DNA of 43,134 bases from a virus. Made by a program: the position numbers and the translations under genes. The stretch lies in the IMG/VR virus record IMGVR_UViG_3300045988_126989. One strand, 5' to 3'. Within the stretch, counting starts at the first letter, position 1. Each line of letters begins with the position of its first letter. Positions 7,118 to 17,826 of this stretch are shown piece by piece. The notes beneath the pieces were generated by a model, which saw nothing but the letters and a program-made list of their open reading frames with translations, ran no database searches and was not told the origin of the DNA.

Positions 7118-8218
7118 TTATTCCTCCTTATAAGGTATTGCCTGATGCCATTCCAAGCCATCATATGCACTTAATCTAACAAGGTTATAAGTATCTCTAT
7201 TTCCTACGCCAGAAGAATATGCAGTTATTCCACTATCTAGTTTTGGTTTATTCATTCTTCCAAGAGCCATGGAATACCCCCGTTTCCATGTTCCTCCAAC
7301 AAATACCCACGCTTCCATATAAGTGAATGTTGTGTTAAATTTAAATTCAAACGGTTTGCTGGTTCGTCCAAGTGTATCTTCTATCGTTACTTCAAAGTCA
7401 AATTCTAAGTTTTTAGGCAGATTATTGTATGTGGTACTCGTTCCTTCAGATACTTTGTAATTTCCACGCGTTCCCCACGTACAAGATTTTACATGAGTAT
7501 CATCTGACGTATGCACAGTAAGTGTTACGTTGTCATACTCTGAATCAACTTCCGTTATTACAAAATCAACACTTTCAATGTTTATTTCAGGATAATTCTC
7601 TAGTGTGGTTGCAGTTAATATTTTTTGGCTAACATACGATCCACTTAAATCAGCTTTCCATACCTCAACATGATATTCATACTGTGTTTTTTGTGTTAAT
7701 CCATCAACAGTTAAAGATCCATTTAAATTGTTTGAAATAAACAATCTTTTATCTTGCGAGAATACTCTCAAACAATACAAATTGTATGGATTGCTTTTTA
7801 ATTTTCCGTTGATAACTAAAGATTCTACATCAATATCAGATATAGATGTTTCAAACTCAGGCACTGAAATCAAAGGTGTTTTTACACTGGCTGTTCCACT
7901 TAAATTTGGCCATCCACTAATACTACAATTCCAAGAAAAACTACGTTGCCTATTACATCCCATAGCTTCATTTATTTCACCAGGAATATTTATCCACCCT
8001 GTATCTTGTGTATAATATCCATAATTCATGTATCCTGACCACGTTAATCCACCAAATTTAACAGTATTCGATGCCTGGATAGCGAATTGACCTGTAATCT
8101 TAAACCGAACATTTGCTTTGTATCTTAAATTAGGATAAGAACCTTCGTATCGCTCGTTGTACACATCAAATGATACGCGCAAGTATTGGTTATAGTCTAA
8201 ATTTGCTACAATCCCCAT
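7118..8218 (-). CDS. Baseplate / tail-tip structural protein (366 aa)
   Basis: Called from position in the tail-tip block. No specific motif recognised. Confidence 0.5.
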   Translation of the reverse strand: MGIVANLDYNQYLRVSFDVYNERYEGSYPNLRYKANVRFKITGQFAIQASNTVKFGGLTWSGYMNYGYYTQDTGWINIPGEINEAMGCNRQRSFSWNCSISGWPNLSGTASVKTPLISVPEFETSISDIDVESLVINGKLKSNPYNLYCLRVFSQDKRLFISNNLNGSLTVDGLTQKTQYEYHVEVWKADLSGSYVSQKILTATTLENYPEINIESVDFVITEVDSEYDNVTLTVHTSDDTHVKSCTWGTRGNYKVSEGTSTTYNNLPKNLEFDFEVTIEDTLGRTSKPFEFKFNTTFTYMEAWVFVGGTWKRGYSMALGRMNKPKLDSGITAYSSGVGNRDTYNLVRLSAYDGLEWHQAIPYKEE

Positions 8219-8221
8219 GTT

Positions 8222-8818
8222 CTACTCCTTGTATTTGATATAAATATCACCTTGCTTGTCCGTTGATAAAACAGTTGGATCACTTGTTCCGTAACGCACA
8301 TTTACAGTCAATTTTAACTGTTCTTGGAATTTGCTAATATAATCTTCTAAAACTCTGATGTATTCTCTTTGTTTTGCCATCAATTCAATAGCATTTCTAA
8401 ATTCTTCTTTAGATTCCAAATCAAACGCTATTGCCATATTTTCAATTACATTAATTTTAATAGGAACAGACGTTACGAATTCACCACTCATCAGAACATT
8501 GATTTGGCATTGTACTATGCCAACCTCAGCAATAATCTGTTGGAATATTTTTGAATCTGAAAATTTAATTTCGTAAGCATTCGAATTTTGAAATCTAGAT
8601 ACAGATGTAGCATCCATACTAACCATTAATCCACTAGGCTTAGTAGCCCATAATGTAGCGGTTAAGCTATCATCCGTATACGCTACTTGATCAGTGATAA
8701 TATCGTCACTGACGAATACATCCAATCCTCGTCCTGTATCACCTTGTACCATTTCAACTATAGGCACAGATGTTTGCTTAGTTAAGCTTACAATTACATT
8801 TGAATATACAATTGCCAT
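8222..8818 (-). CDS. BppU-like baseplate upper protein
   Basis: Start moved to ATG 8818 (GGAGG 6 nt upstream). N-terminus ..VEMVQGDTGRGLDVFVSDD resembles the BppU N-domain. Confidence 0.5.
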   Translation of the reverse strand: MAIVYSNVIVSLTKQTSVPIVEMVQGDTGRGLDVFVSDDIITDQVAYTDDSLTATLWATKPSGLMVSMDATSVSRFQNSNAYEIKFSDSKIFQQIIAEVGIVQCQINVLMSGEFVTSVPIKINVIENMAIAFDLESKEEFRNAIELMAKQREYIRVLEDYISKFQEQLKLTVNVRYGTSDPTVLSTDKQGDIYIKYKE

Positions 8819-8819
8819 G

Positions 8820-10460
8820 TTATACCTCCGTTTCCAAAATAAGAGTAAGTTCATCTGGCATTTCTTTGATTAAATCATATGTCATTTTATTTAAATAAAA
8901 TCTTTCTCTTTTACCTGAATTATTTGTATCTACATAAATAACATCATTCAGTTTTAATTGATTCGCATTAGGAATGTTTGATCCAAACAATTTTTCAAAT
9001 TTTATAGTTGTTTCCGTATCCGGATTTTGCAATTCATTTTTTAAATCTTTTCCTGCTATGTATCTTAAATATGCTTGCAAATTAGATTCGTTTTTAAATA
9101 CGCCAAACGTAGATTTTGAAGCCGACGAATCATCAGCCATTAATTTAACATCCGAATATTCTTTTACTTCAATGCGGTGTATTTCATTCTCATCCCATTT
9201 ACTAGATTTAACTATCTCGTTATTTGGCAAAATTCTTCCATTGTATGCCTTTGGAATTATTCCAGTAACAACATTTTCCATAGATACTTTTTTTGTGTAG
9301 TCAACAATTTCTTTATAACCAACATAGAACTCTTTTGGCTTTAACGCTGCTTTATAACCATTAGGTTTGCCAAAATAACAATCATAATTATCAAACATCG
9401 CAACATATCTATGTTCTTCGCATTCAGGCCATCTGTTCATCATAGAATTATCTTCACTTCCAAACAGACATTGAATCAAATTATAACGAATCCAATAGGC
9501 TGTCTGTGTTGATTCCTTATCCTCAAATTGCCAACAAAGACTTTGTGATTTGTTACCTATTCCGTGTGAATATAGTTGTATTTTCACTCCTTGCGTTAAA
9601 CCGCTTCCATCACCGCCTGGCCACCAATTGTAGTTTTTATCGGTAGGTCTAACGATTTTATATCCATTAGCTTCTGGCAAATAGATAAGTCCCCAATAAT
9701 CTTCCCAATGCATATTTGTATTCGATGGATTATTTCTAAGCCAATATGTTTCGATTTTAGAATAATTTTTGTCTTCATAATTCTCAGCACATATCCATCT
9801 GCATGAGCATATCGACATAAAAGACCAGATTTCATGAATTCCATTAATTTCATCCGAAAATTTTTTTAAAACAAATGTTTGAGCAGGTGAATTGTTAGCT
9901 TTAAACATTTCTAATTGTGTTGCTATATCCTCGTTTGCTGATGGAACATCTACACACAAATCAGTTTTATAAGCATTGTGAATATGTACTTCTCTACCAT
10001 CTTCTGGCTTTATATTTTTGTAATCTTCGTACCACCTATCACCATAAACATGATACGGATATTTAGATTTTGATTTTTCGATAATATCATTGGCAGTTTT
10101 AATAGCTCCATCCCACGTTGAATTCACTGTACGATCATCAAATACAAATATTTCTTTTTGAGAGTCAAAGAATATATGCGTTGCATAACATACATAAGTA
10201 TCAGAAATTCTATTTTCTTTAAAATAAACCATTCTAAATAGTTGCGCTGTTTCAAAGTTTAAATCTACTTTAAAAACAGATTCTTCTGAAATTTTCATTC
10301 CCAATAATTCACTCTTTGGAAATTCAATTTCCACATACCAGATTGAGTTTCTTTCAAAAGTTGCTTTTGCGCTTTTGCAGTTCTTAAGAACAATATTTCC
10401 ATTTCGCTCAATCATTTGTTGATATGTTGTATTTTTTTTAGACAAAAATAAATGTATCAT
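8820..10460 (-). CDS. Tail-associated lysin-like / minor structural protein (Tal position)
   Basis: About 546 aa directly after Dit. ATG 10460 lies 8 nt after AAGGAG. Called mainly by position. Confidence 0.55.
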   Translation of the reverse strand: MIHLFLSKKNTTYQQMIERNGNIVLKNCKSAKATFERNSIWYVEIEFPKSELLGMKISEESVFKVDLNFETAQLFRMVYFKENRISDTYVCYATHIFFDSQKEIFVFDDRTVNSTWDGAIKTANDIIEKSKSKYPYHVYGDRWYEDYKNIKPEDGREVHIHNAYKTDLCVDVPSANEDIATQLEMFKANNSPAQTFVLKKFSDEINGIHEIWSFMSICSCRWICAENYEDKNYSKIETYWLRNNPSNTNMHWEDYWGLIYLPEANGYKIVRPTDKNYNWWPGGDGSGLTQGVKIQLYSHGIGNKSQSLCWQFEDKESTQTAYWIRYNLIQCLFGSEDNSMMNRWPECEEHRYVAMFDNYDCYFGKPNGYKAALKPKEFYVGYKEIVDYTKKVSMENVVTGIIPKAYNGRILPNNEIVKSSKWDENEIHRIEVKEYSDVKLMADDSSASKSTFGVFKNESNLQAYLRYIAGKDLKNELQNPDTETTIKFEKLFGSNIPNANQLKLNDVIYVDTNNSGKRERFYLNKMTYDLIKEMPDELTLILETEV

Positions 10461-10462
10461 TA

Positions 10463-11290
10463 TCAAATCTCCTTAAAGTTTCTGAATATTTCAGTACGAA
10501 TCAATCCAATTTCTGTATTGATAACTATGTCGTTTGATCCATATTCAATTTTTAAATTTTCAAATGATCCTTCTGTTTTTAATGTCGTATATTCGAAATA
10601 TCCATTTTCATAAACAGTTTTCATATATGCATTTTCAGAGTTTATTTCTATGTATTTAACAGCCAGTGCATTATCAATGCTACCTGGTTGATAATAATTG
10701 TATTTTTTAGCAAACGGTTGATATATTTTAAAACTGCGGTTATGAGTAAGTGAAGTAATAGAAATCCAGCCAGTCTTTTCTGATGTGTTATAGAATTTAT
10801 ACGTAGGATATGACGGTTCGTAAAGATTTACAATTGATGTAATGTCAAATACCGAAATCTGCATTGGCCTAGCATATTTATCAATATATCTATATCCATC
10901 AACAGTGAATTTGATAGTCAATGAAAACATAAAACCATGCCATCTTTCTGAAATGTTATATTCTATGTTCTTCACTTTCCAGAAATGGTCAGAATCTTCA
11001 TCAGGGAATTTTAACAATCCTTTCCCACCTGCAAAATATTTTTTAATATCATACAATCTTTCATTAGCTTCTTTTTTGTTTTGAACTACAAAATTACAAG
11101 CAACCTCAATCGTTTTATCTTTAAGAACACCAGTGTGACGGTACGATGTTGTACCGTCTCCCATTTCTGATGTTTCTACAATTTCTTCCGAAAAAGGGAT
11201 AATTGGAGCACTAGTTATCTTCAACAAATTACTAATATTTTTGTAAATTGTATAAGGTTGATTTTCAGGTGTGAATTGTAATGTATACAT
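10463..11290 (-). CDS. Distal tail protein (Dit)
   Basis: 275 aa, immediately downstream of the tape measure gene, which is the canonical siphovirus order. Confidence 0.6.
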   Translation of the reverse strand: MYTLQFTPENQPYTIYKNISNLLKITSAPIIPFSEEIVETSEMGDGTTSYRHTGVLKDKTIEVACNFVVQNKKEANERLYDIKKYFAGGKGLLKFPDEDSDHFWKVKNIEYNISERWHGFMFSLTIKFTVDGYRYIDKYARPMQISVFDITSIVNLYEPSYPTYKFYNTSEKTGWISITSLTHNRSFKIYQPFAKKYNYYQPGSIDNALAVKYIEINSENAYMKTVYENGYFEYTTLKTEGSFENLKIEYGSNDIVINTEIGLIRTEIFRNFKEI

Positions 11291-11293
11291 ATT

Positions 11294-14200
11294 CTAAGCT
11301 ACTCCTTTCCCTATATTTTTTAGCATATCTCGAATTGATACAATTTCTTGTACAGTATCTGTAACAACATTTCCGTCCAATTGCATAGGTTGTAGATTAA
11401 TTGTTAGGTTAGTATTCATAACTGTATCAATAAGCTTATCTATCTTTTTTGAGATACCACTAATATTAATATTTGTTGCCTTAGATGTAGATTTAATTGC
11501 TGCACCCGTTACAAATGCTGTGTCCACTGTATCTACAGAAGCATATTGACTAGTATCGGCCAACGCTGCAATAGAATCTGCACTCATTGGAGCAACATCA
11601 GTAAGAACAGGTCTAGACATATCATCAATGTTTTGCTTACTAACATATCTATCTGTACTTACTTTAACTGTTTCTACCGTAAACGTTATTTTTTTCTTTG
11701 CTGCATTGTATAATTGTTCATATTGACTTTGTAGAGATTGAAGTTGACTCTTTGCGTTTTGTATTCCAGGAGATAATGCTTTACCCAGTTGTTGTGTATA
11801 ATAATCACCTGTGCCTGTTGCAGCAGTTCCAGCACCTGACTTTCCTTTACTTAAAGCATTCACAACTTTTTTCTGTGTATCATCTGCTTTTCCTTCAGCT
11901 TTATTTAATGCTTTTTCCAAAGCATCAACTCCGCCGTTTCCAAGAATCTTCATTGCTTCAGAAACTGTGATATCACCTTTCGCAATGCCTTCTGCACAAA
12001 GTTTTGAAATTTGTTCGCCATCATATCCGGATTTAGTCAAAGCTTCTTCAAACTCAATTAGATTGTTAAGCATAGTATTAGCTTCTGATACACTTCCTGC
12101 ATTTGAAATAATACCGTAAGCCATGTCTTGTGGAATATTAAGACCAGCTGCACTTGCATTATCAACTAACTGTTGAAATGTCATCATAGATGCCACAAAA
12201 TTACTTGCCGTTTGATAACTTTCTGTGCCATTCATGATTCCGCTTGTTAACTTTTCAGGAATTTGAATACCCGCTTCACCAGCTTTATCTATAGCACCTT
12301 GTAATGATTGTTTTAACGAATCTCCAATTTTTGTATAGCCACCCGTTTCTGCCTGATTGTTGAGATCTAGTAAAGTCTTATTTGTTTCTTGCATTTTAGT
12401 TGCCATAGTTGCTAAAGAACCGTTTGCTTCATCTATTTTCTTTCTCAACTGCTCAATCTGAGTTTGATACTTTAATGCCTTTTCAGTGTCCCCATCTTTA
12501 AATGCTTGTGATTGTTTGGCTTTCAATTCATCCATCTTGTCATTTAATCCATGAACACTCTCTGCTACTTCACTATATTTCATCTGTTGCTTAATTAAAG
12601 ATTTTGTTTGTTCTTTAATCGCTTCTGCATACGCTTCTTGTTTAGCAGCTTCTTGAACTTTTTGAATGTATTCTTCTAACGCTTGATTGTTTTCAAACAC
12701 CTTGCCTGTATTGTCGGCAACTTTTCCTGTATTTGAATCAATTGTTAAACCGAGATCAGGATAGATTTCATTCAATTGATTAACAGCTTCTTGCAACATT
12801 TGTTTCTGTATAGTATTTTTGTTTTCTACACCATTTAATTGTTCAATCGTTCTCATCAAAGAATTAGACTGACTAATATTCTGTTCATTTGTAGCCAAAA
12901 TAGTTTCTGTTTTTTCTTTATATTCATCAATTTTTTTATTGAACGAACTAACACTGTCTACAACTTTTAAATAACTTTGAGCTACTGCATCATTCTTAAC
13001 AGCATTTTCTAAAGCTTTTTTATTTGCCTTTTCAAACATAGGAACTAACACTGCAATTTCAGCAGCTGCCAATCCAACAGCTATCCCAACTCCACCTAAT
13101 GCAATACTTGAACTTTTTAATGCTTCAGTTGTAACTCCAGTTTTCTTAAACAATTTCGTCAATAATCCATTAGTTTTATCTACAGGGCCACTTAAATCGT
13201 TTAGTTCACTTGCCGTTTTGCCAACCCATGAAGAAACTTTTCCAAATCCATTTGTCAACTTCTGAGCGCCACTAAATATTTTTCCTAATCCTTTTGCGGT
13301 AGGATATGATGCTGCGGTAAGCAACAATAGTTTAGCAATCGTTTCCTGCGTTCCATCATCTAGATTAGAGAATGCATTCGCTGTTTTCTTTACAACTTTT
13401 AAAATAGATGTAAGAGTAGGAGTAAACGCCTGGCCCAATTCATCAGCGGCTTGTTTAACTGCTTCCCATGTCTGTGACATTTGAGATTTTAATGTTCCAT
13501 ATCGCTTTTCTGCTTCAGTTGCCATGGCTGAATTCGCTTGCCATGCGTTTTGAGAAACATTTAATGCTCTAGCCAACACATCCGAACTTTGTGCCAAAGC
13601 ACCCATTGACTGTGCTTGTCGTACTTCCTTAATGCCTAATTCATCCAATGTTTTTGTAACATCCGCCGATTTTCCAATACCTTCTACAAACTTTAAGAAT
13701 GTTCCTGCTGCATCTTCTCCCCAAGCCTTTTGGAATTGTTGAGAAGTCATACCAGACACTTCTGCAAACTTTTGTAGTTTCTTATCTCCAGTAGAAACAG
13801 ATAGATCAATTGTCTTTAACATTTTAGAGACAGAACTACCACCGGCGGCCGCTTCAATACCTAATGAAGATAATGCAGTAGATAATCCTAATACCTGGTT
13901 CGAATTCAAACCAACCATTTTTCCTGCAACACCTAGCCTAGTAGCCATATCCATAATATCCGCTTCAGTAGTAGAGAACTTATTTCCCAAATCTACGATT
14001 GTAGAACCTAAACGAGAATAATATGTATTCGTCTTTTTAGACTGCGAAACCATTACATTTGAGAACTTGGCAATACTTTGTGCTGCTTCTTCACCAACAA
14101 GATTTGTAGTATCACCCAATTCTGTAATAGTTTTAGTAAATCCAACAATAGAATCTGTAGGGATACCCATTTGTCCTGCAAGTTCTGCATAATGTGCAAT

Positions 14201-15124
14201 ATCTTGATATGTACTCGATGTATTTTGTGCAAGATCTTTTAAGCCTGCATTGATTTTTTCAAACTGTTGAGGGGTTGCATTTACTGTTTTTGTAACACCA
14301 GTCCATGCATCTTCAAAATCAATTGCAGTTTTTGTTGCTCCGACAATAACCGCTGCTGACAACGCAGACAATGGTTTAATAGTTTCTGCAAATTGGTTTG
14401 CTTTCTGACTGGCAACACCAAATGAATGTGATAATTTTAATATATTTTCATTATCTGTAATAAAGCTTTTATTCAAACTCTTTAATTCATTGTTTAATGT
14501 TGCTGCACCAGCTCTTAGACCATTAAACGTCCTTTGCGATTCCTCATACGTGCTTCCTAAGTCAACAAGATTTTTCTTTTGTTCCGCAATTTTTGCATTG
14601 TATTCCTTTTGCGAAGCACTATTTGCCTTCATAGAAACTGTAAGTTCTTTATTTCTAGCAGCTAGAGTTGAAATTGCGGTTTCACATTGTTCTGTAGTGT
14701 GATAACTATCACCAATCGCATCTTTCCATGCTTGGATTTGAGTTTGATTTGTCTTATATTCTTTTTGTAAGGCACTCATCGCCGATTCAGTGCTGTTTAA
14801 TTTAGTCTGATATTGCGATAACGTGGCTTTTGATTTGTTAACTTGATCTGTCCATTGTTGTTGTGTTTTAGGATATTCTTTAAGCTTTTTGTTATAGACA
14901 TCCAATTGCTTAGAAGTGCTCTGAATCTTATCCTTTAATAGATTTTGGTATGTTGCAAATGACGAGAAATCATTCGGATTTAGCTTCATCGAAGCTTTTA
15001 GCTTAGACATTGTTTTGTCTAATCCCGATGTTTCTCTTTTGATTTCATTTATCGCTTTCTGAAATCCTGTAGTATCTCCATCAATCTTTACGGAGATACC
15101 TTTTATTTGATTATAGCCTGACAA
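11294..15124 (-). CDS. Tail tape measure protein
   Basis: 1276 aa, coiled-coil rich. Core like ..DIAHYAELAGQMGIPTDSIVGFTKTITELGDTTNL.. TTG start 8 nt after AGGAGG. Confidence 0.9.
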   Translation of the reverse strand: MSGYNQIKGISVKIDGDTTGFQKAINEIKRETSGLDKTMSKLKASMKLNPNDFSSFATYQNLLKDKIQSTSKQLDVYNKKLKEYPKTQQQWTDQVNKSKATLSQYQTKLNSTESAMSALQKEYKTNQTQIQAWKDAIGDSYHTTEQCETAISTLAARNKELTVSMKANSASQKEYNAKIAEQKKNLVDLGSTYEESQRTFNGLRAGAATLNNELKSLNKSFITDNENILKLSHSFGVASQKANQFAETIKPLSALSAAVIVGATKTAIDFEDAWTGVTKTVNATPQQFEKINAGLKDLAQNTSSTYQDIAHYAELAGQMGIPTDSIVGFTKTITELGDTTNLVGEEAAQSIAKFSNVMVSQSKKTNTYYSRLGSTIVDLGNKFSTTEADIMDMATRLGVAGKMVGLNSNQVLGLSTALSSLGIEAAAGGSSVSKMLKTIDLSVSTGDKKLQKFAEVSGMTSQQFQKAWGEDAAGTFLKFVEGIGKSADVTKTLDELGIKEVRQAQSMGALAQSSDVLARALNVSQNAWQANSAMATEAEKRYGTLKSQMSQTWEAVKQAADELGQAFTPTLTSILKVVKKTANAFSNLDDGTQETIAKLLLLTAASYPTAKGLGKIFSGAQKLTNGFGKVSSWVGKTASELNDLSGPVDKTNGLLTKLFKKTGVTTEALKSSSIALGGVGIAVGLAAAEIAVLVPMFEKANKKALENAVKNDAVAQSYLKVVDSVSSFNKKIDEYKEKTETILATNEQNISQSNSLMRTIEQLNGVENKNTIQKQMLQEAVNQLNEIYPDLGLTIDSNTGKVADNTGKVFENNQALEEYIQKVQEAAKQEAYAEAIKEQTKSLIKQQMKYSEVAESVHGLNDKMDELKAKQSQAFKDGDTEKALKYQTQIEQLRKKIDEANGSLATMATKMQETNKTLLDLNNQAETGGYTKIGDSLKQSLQGAIDKAGEAGIQIPEKLTSGIMNGTESYQTASNFVASMMTFQQLVDNASAAGLNIPQDMAYGIISNAGSVSEANTMLNNLIEFEEALTKSGYDGEQISKLCAEGIAKGDITVSEAMKILGNGGVDALEKALNKAEGKADDTQKKVVNALSKGKSGAGTAATGTGDYYTQQLGKALSPGIQNAKSQLQSLQSQYEQLYNAAKKKITFTVETVKVSTDRYVSKQNIDDMSRPVLTDVAPMSADSIAALADTSQYASVDTVDTAFVTGAAIKSTSKATNINISGISKKIDKLIDTVMNTNLTINLQPMQLDGNVVTDTVQEIVSIRDMLKNIGKGVA

Positions 15125-15136
15125 TTTTAGTACCTC

Positions 15137-15762
15137 CTAAAATCTGTCAAAGTCTTCTTGGGTTGCCATACGTACGTTGGATTTCTTTTTATTAATGCTT
15201 TTTTCAGCTCGATTTGTCATGTTGTTTTTTGCAACAATTAAATCAAACATCATTCCAATATCCATATTGTCTATTTCATCCATTTTTAGCCCTAGATTCA
15301 TGCATCCTAAAATTAATTCAGAATAGCTTGTTAATCTTTTTTTTTCTTATTTTCTTCATCTTTTTTTTCAGTTTCATCTTCAACTGTGGCCTTATTTGAA
15401 TAAACGATTTTTTCAAATAAAATAACACCAATTAAAACAAATGATTCATAATCATCAACATTATCTACCATTACATTAAACGGTTCAGTAACCAAGTTAT
15501 TTTTAACATCGTACGCTTTGATGCAGGCCCATAGTAAACGTTCAAAAAATTCCGATCCAACTTCTTTTAATAGAATGAAATATGCATTTTCATCCCCTCT
15601 GTCTTCATCTACCGCTTTTTTAATACCTTCATCAAAATTCATTTGCGCCTGTTGAATATCAATCAATAAATCACGATTGAATGTTTCTCTATAAATACGT
15701 GCTGTAATCCCTTTATATAGGACACCGTGTTCTTTACCTTCGATTTTTACTGTAGTTTCCAT
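15137..15762 (-). CDS. Tail assembly chaperone -1 frameshift fusion (gpGT-like)
   Basis: A -1 slip in A9 (15337-15345) opens 66 further codons (..MATQEDFDRF) ending at TAG 15137-15139, just before the tape-measure RBS. Confidence 0.65.
15331..15762 (-). CDS. Tail assembly chaperone (gpG-like)
   Basis: 143-aa acidic protein between the major tail and tape measure genes. Ends in a Lys-rich tail containing an A9 run. Confidence 0.75.
   Translation of the reverse strand: METTVKIEGKEHGVLYKGITARIYRETFNRDLLIDIQQAQMNFDEGIKKAVDEDRGDENAYFILLKEVGSEFFERLLWACIKAYDVKNNLVTEPFNVMVDNVDDYESFVLIGVILFEKIVYSNKATVEDETEKKDEENKKKKD
15337..15345 (-). promoter_or_regulatory. Slippery A9 tract for programmed -1 ribosomal frameshift
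   Basis: AAG AAA AAA AAA GAT TAA in frame 0. The -1 frame is open from here to 15140. Confidence 0.6.
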
Positions 15763-15773
15763 ATAACCTCACA

Positions 15774-15793
15774 AAGAGGGGGTTGCCCCTCTT
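15774..15793 (-). terminator. GC-rich hairpin overlapping the major tail stop (partial terminator/attenuator)
   Basis: AAGAGGGG-caac-CCCCUCUU then UGUG on minus-strand RNA. Confidence 0.35.
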
Positions 15794-16448
15794 ATAATGC
15801 GCTCACTTCCTTGCCATCATCACTTTGTACTTCTACCGGTGTACCGGCTTCATGGCTCACTTGGCTCACTTCACTAGCTTTTGGTGTAGGTAATTTTGGC
15901 GCAGTCGTAAAGAAACTAGTATAGTTTGTATCACCTTTTTTGCAGTCAATTTTTACCCATGCATGATCATCTTTTTCTACAGGAATAGCTGTAATATCCA
16001 TAGTTGTTGTATTTGGATCAATACTTTCTTCTCTTGTTTCACCTTCAACAGATGGGCGAGCAAATACCACTTTGAAGAACATATGTTTTGTCGCATTTTT
16101 GTCTCCTTCAAATTGGAACATTAAGCCTACGTTGTTTGGTAGAACGTTAGCGTCTTCAGCCAAGTTACCTTCCTCTGTTTCAATATTATTAAAAATCATT
16201 TTTTTAATTTCATCTTCCAAGTATGTCATTTCAATACTTCCGGAATATCCATTATTACTGTTTGTTGTAAAATATGCAGTGTTGTCTGCATAATATGTAT
16301 TTGTATCTCCTTCCGGATCTAGTGTTAATGATTTAGCACCTTTCCATGCTACAGGTGTACCATACGTAATATTTCCACCTTCTTCAGACTCAATAGGAAC
16401 TACATGTACATTTTTAATTCCATATTTAACTTTGTTTGTATCTGCCAT
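15792..16448 (-). CDS. Major tail protein (phi13-family-like)
   Basis: 218 aa. N-terminus MADTNKVKYGIKNVHVVPI..YGTPVAWKGAKSLTLDPEGD is typical of phi13-type major tail proteins. Position supports the call. Confidence 0.8.
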   Translation of the reverse strand: MADTNKVKYGIKNVHVVPIESEEGGNITYGTPVAWKGAKSLTLDPEGDTNTYYADNTAYFTTNSNNGYSGSIEMTYLEDEIKKMIFNNIETEEGNLAEDANVLPNNVGLMFQFEGDKNATKHMFFKVVFARPSVEGETREESIDPNTTTMDITAIPVEKDDHAWVKIDCKKGDTNYTSFFTTAPKLPTPKASEVSQVSHEAGTPVEVQSDDGKEVSAL

Positions 16449-16453
16449 AGTTT

Positions 16454-16864
16454 TTATCCTTTCAAATATTTTTCGATTAAACCTGGCAGTTCCTTGATTG
16501 CGTTTGTTTCTCCATCTTTCCAGTGCTTAAATGCACGTGTACGTCGAGGAGAGTTCCATAAATTATGTCCGTTTTCTAGTAAATGAGTCAATGAATATTC
16601 ATGGCCACTCGCATAAATAACACCGCGTGTATGAGCTAACTCACGCTCAATCTTATATGTTATAGACCTTTTATATTTGCCCTTTCTGCGTGTGTTTCTA
16701 TGATCTACATTGGCCTTAGCTTTAATAATATCTTTAGAATCTTTTGTAGTTTCTTCTACTGCTCTATCAATCTGCGCCAAAGAATGCTCTTTATATTCTT
16801 GAATCATCTTTCTAATTTCTTGTCCAAGCTGCGACATATCGCAATATACATCATTGACGGCCAA
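16454..16864 (-). CDS. HK97 gp10-like neck / tail-completion protein
   Basis: 136 aa. ..YASGHEYSLTHLLENGH.. resembles the HK97 gp10-family motif. Position supports the call. Confidence 0.6.
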   Translation of the reverse strand: MAVNDVYCDMSQLGQEIRKMIQEYKEHSLAQIDRAVEETTKDSKDIIKAKANVDHRNTRRKGKYKRSITYKIERELAHTRGVIYASGHEYSLTHLLENGHNLWNSPRRTRAFKHWKDGETNAIKELPGLIEKYLKG

Positions 16865-17189
16865 CTAATGTCACCGTCCATTCTGTACAGTGTACTTTTT
16901 GAGCTTTTATATCTTCATCTGTGATAGTTTGGTATGGTATTTCTAATTCATCGAACATGTCTTCGATTTTAGCTTCTAATTCAAAATCTTTTTGATCAGT
17001 CACTAATCTATATATGTAAGTTCCAATCTTGCAATACGTTCTATTGTCTGCAAAGTAATTATTTGTATAATCCAATGCATAATTCCCATATGGAGTATGG
17101 GGCTTTGACTTGAAACTGCCATATACAAATTGTCCTTCACCTAAAAGTTCAGTGAATTTAGCAACGATTTGTTTTCTTACTGTTTCCAT
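16851..17189 (-). CDS. Neck / head-tail joining protein (position-based)
   Basis: 112 aa, overlapping its neighbours within the neck module. Confidence 0.45.
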   Translation of the reverse strand: METVRKQIVAKFTELLGEGQFVYGSFKSKPHTPYGNYALDYTNNYFADNRTYCKIGTYIYRLVTDQKDFELEAKIEDMFDELEIPYQTITDEDIKAQKVHCTEWTVTLVGRQ

Positions 17190-17512
17190 TCTCCAACATC
17201 CTGTTGAACATATAGTTCAATCGTATCTCCGGATGGGAACGTACGATAAACCGCATACTTTTTGTCGTTGTATTTCACTGTTGTCTCACCATTGTAATCA
17301 ATGCTTGGAATAACAAGCTTATACGCTAACTGTATGCCTGCCTGGTAGGCTTCATTAAATTCTTTTGAATAAATTCCACCAACTCGGCAAAAAACTTCAT
17401 TCTCCGTTTCGTTAACATGTTCCACACCATCTTCATCAACATATCTTTCTTTTTCAATCAGATATGCCACATCATAATAAAGATTATTCTCACGAGTATA
17501 TTCATATGCCAT
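17177..17512 (-). CDS. Head closure / head-tail adaptor protein
   Basis: 111 aa. Position and size are typical of an HK97 gp7-like protein. Confidence 0.55.
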   Translation of the reverse strand: MAYEYTRENNLYYDVAYLIEKERYVDEDGVEHVNETENEVFCRVGGIYSKEFNEAYQAGIQLAYKLVIPSIDYNGETTVKYNDKKYAVYRTFPSGDTIELYVQQDVGEWKQ

Positions 17513-17513
17513 A

Positions 17514-17816
17514 CTATGTCACCTTCTTATGGGATTTATCTGTCATAAGAATCTGACGTAAATCATCATACGTTTTAGCCATTGATTCTTTATATGAAGC
17601 ATCCGTTGTACCAAATTTTGACTTCACATATGTTATTACCGCTACTACAATTTCATCTTCTAACTCATCCTCATCAAATAAGATATTTAATCTATCCAAA
17701 TCGTATAAACATGCATTGATATATGTTTTGATTTCATCATCATATGCGCGTGATTTAGCTCTTGTAGCAGCGGTTCTAACACGTTCTAGAAGGCTTTCAG
17801 AAATATTGAACTCCAT
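17514..17816 (-). CDS. gp6-like head-tail connector protein
   Basis: 100 aa directly after the capsid gene. ..YINACLYDLDRLNI.. is typical of this family. Confidence 0.6.
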   Translation of the reverse strand: MEFNISESLLERVRTAATRAKSRAYDDEIKTYINACLYDLDRLNILFDEDELEDEIVVAVITYVKSKFGTTDASYKESMAKTYDDLRQILMTDKSHKKVT

Positions 17817-17826
17817 TATCTATCAC

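Noticed and set aside
15361-15368. Upstream A8 run as the chaperone frameshift site.
   Set aside because: The -1 frame from this run reaches TGA within two codons. Only the A9 run at 15337-45 gives an open extension.
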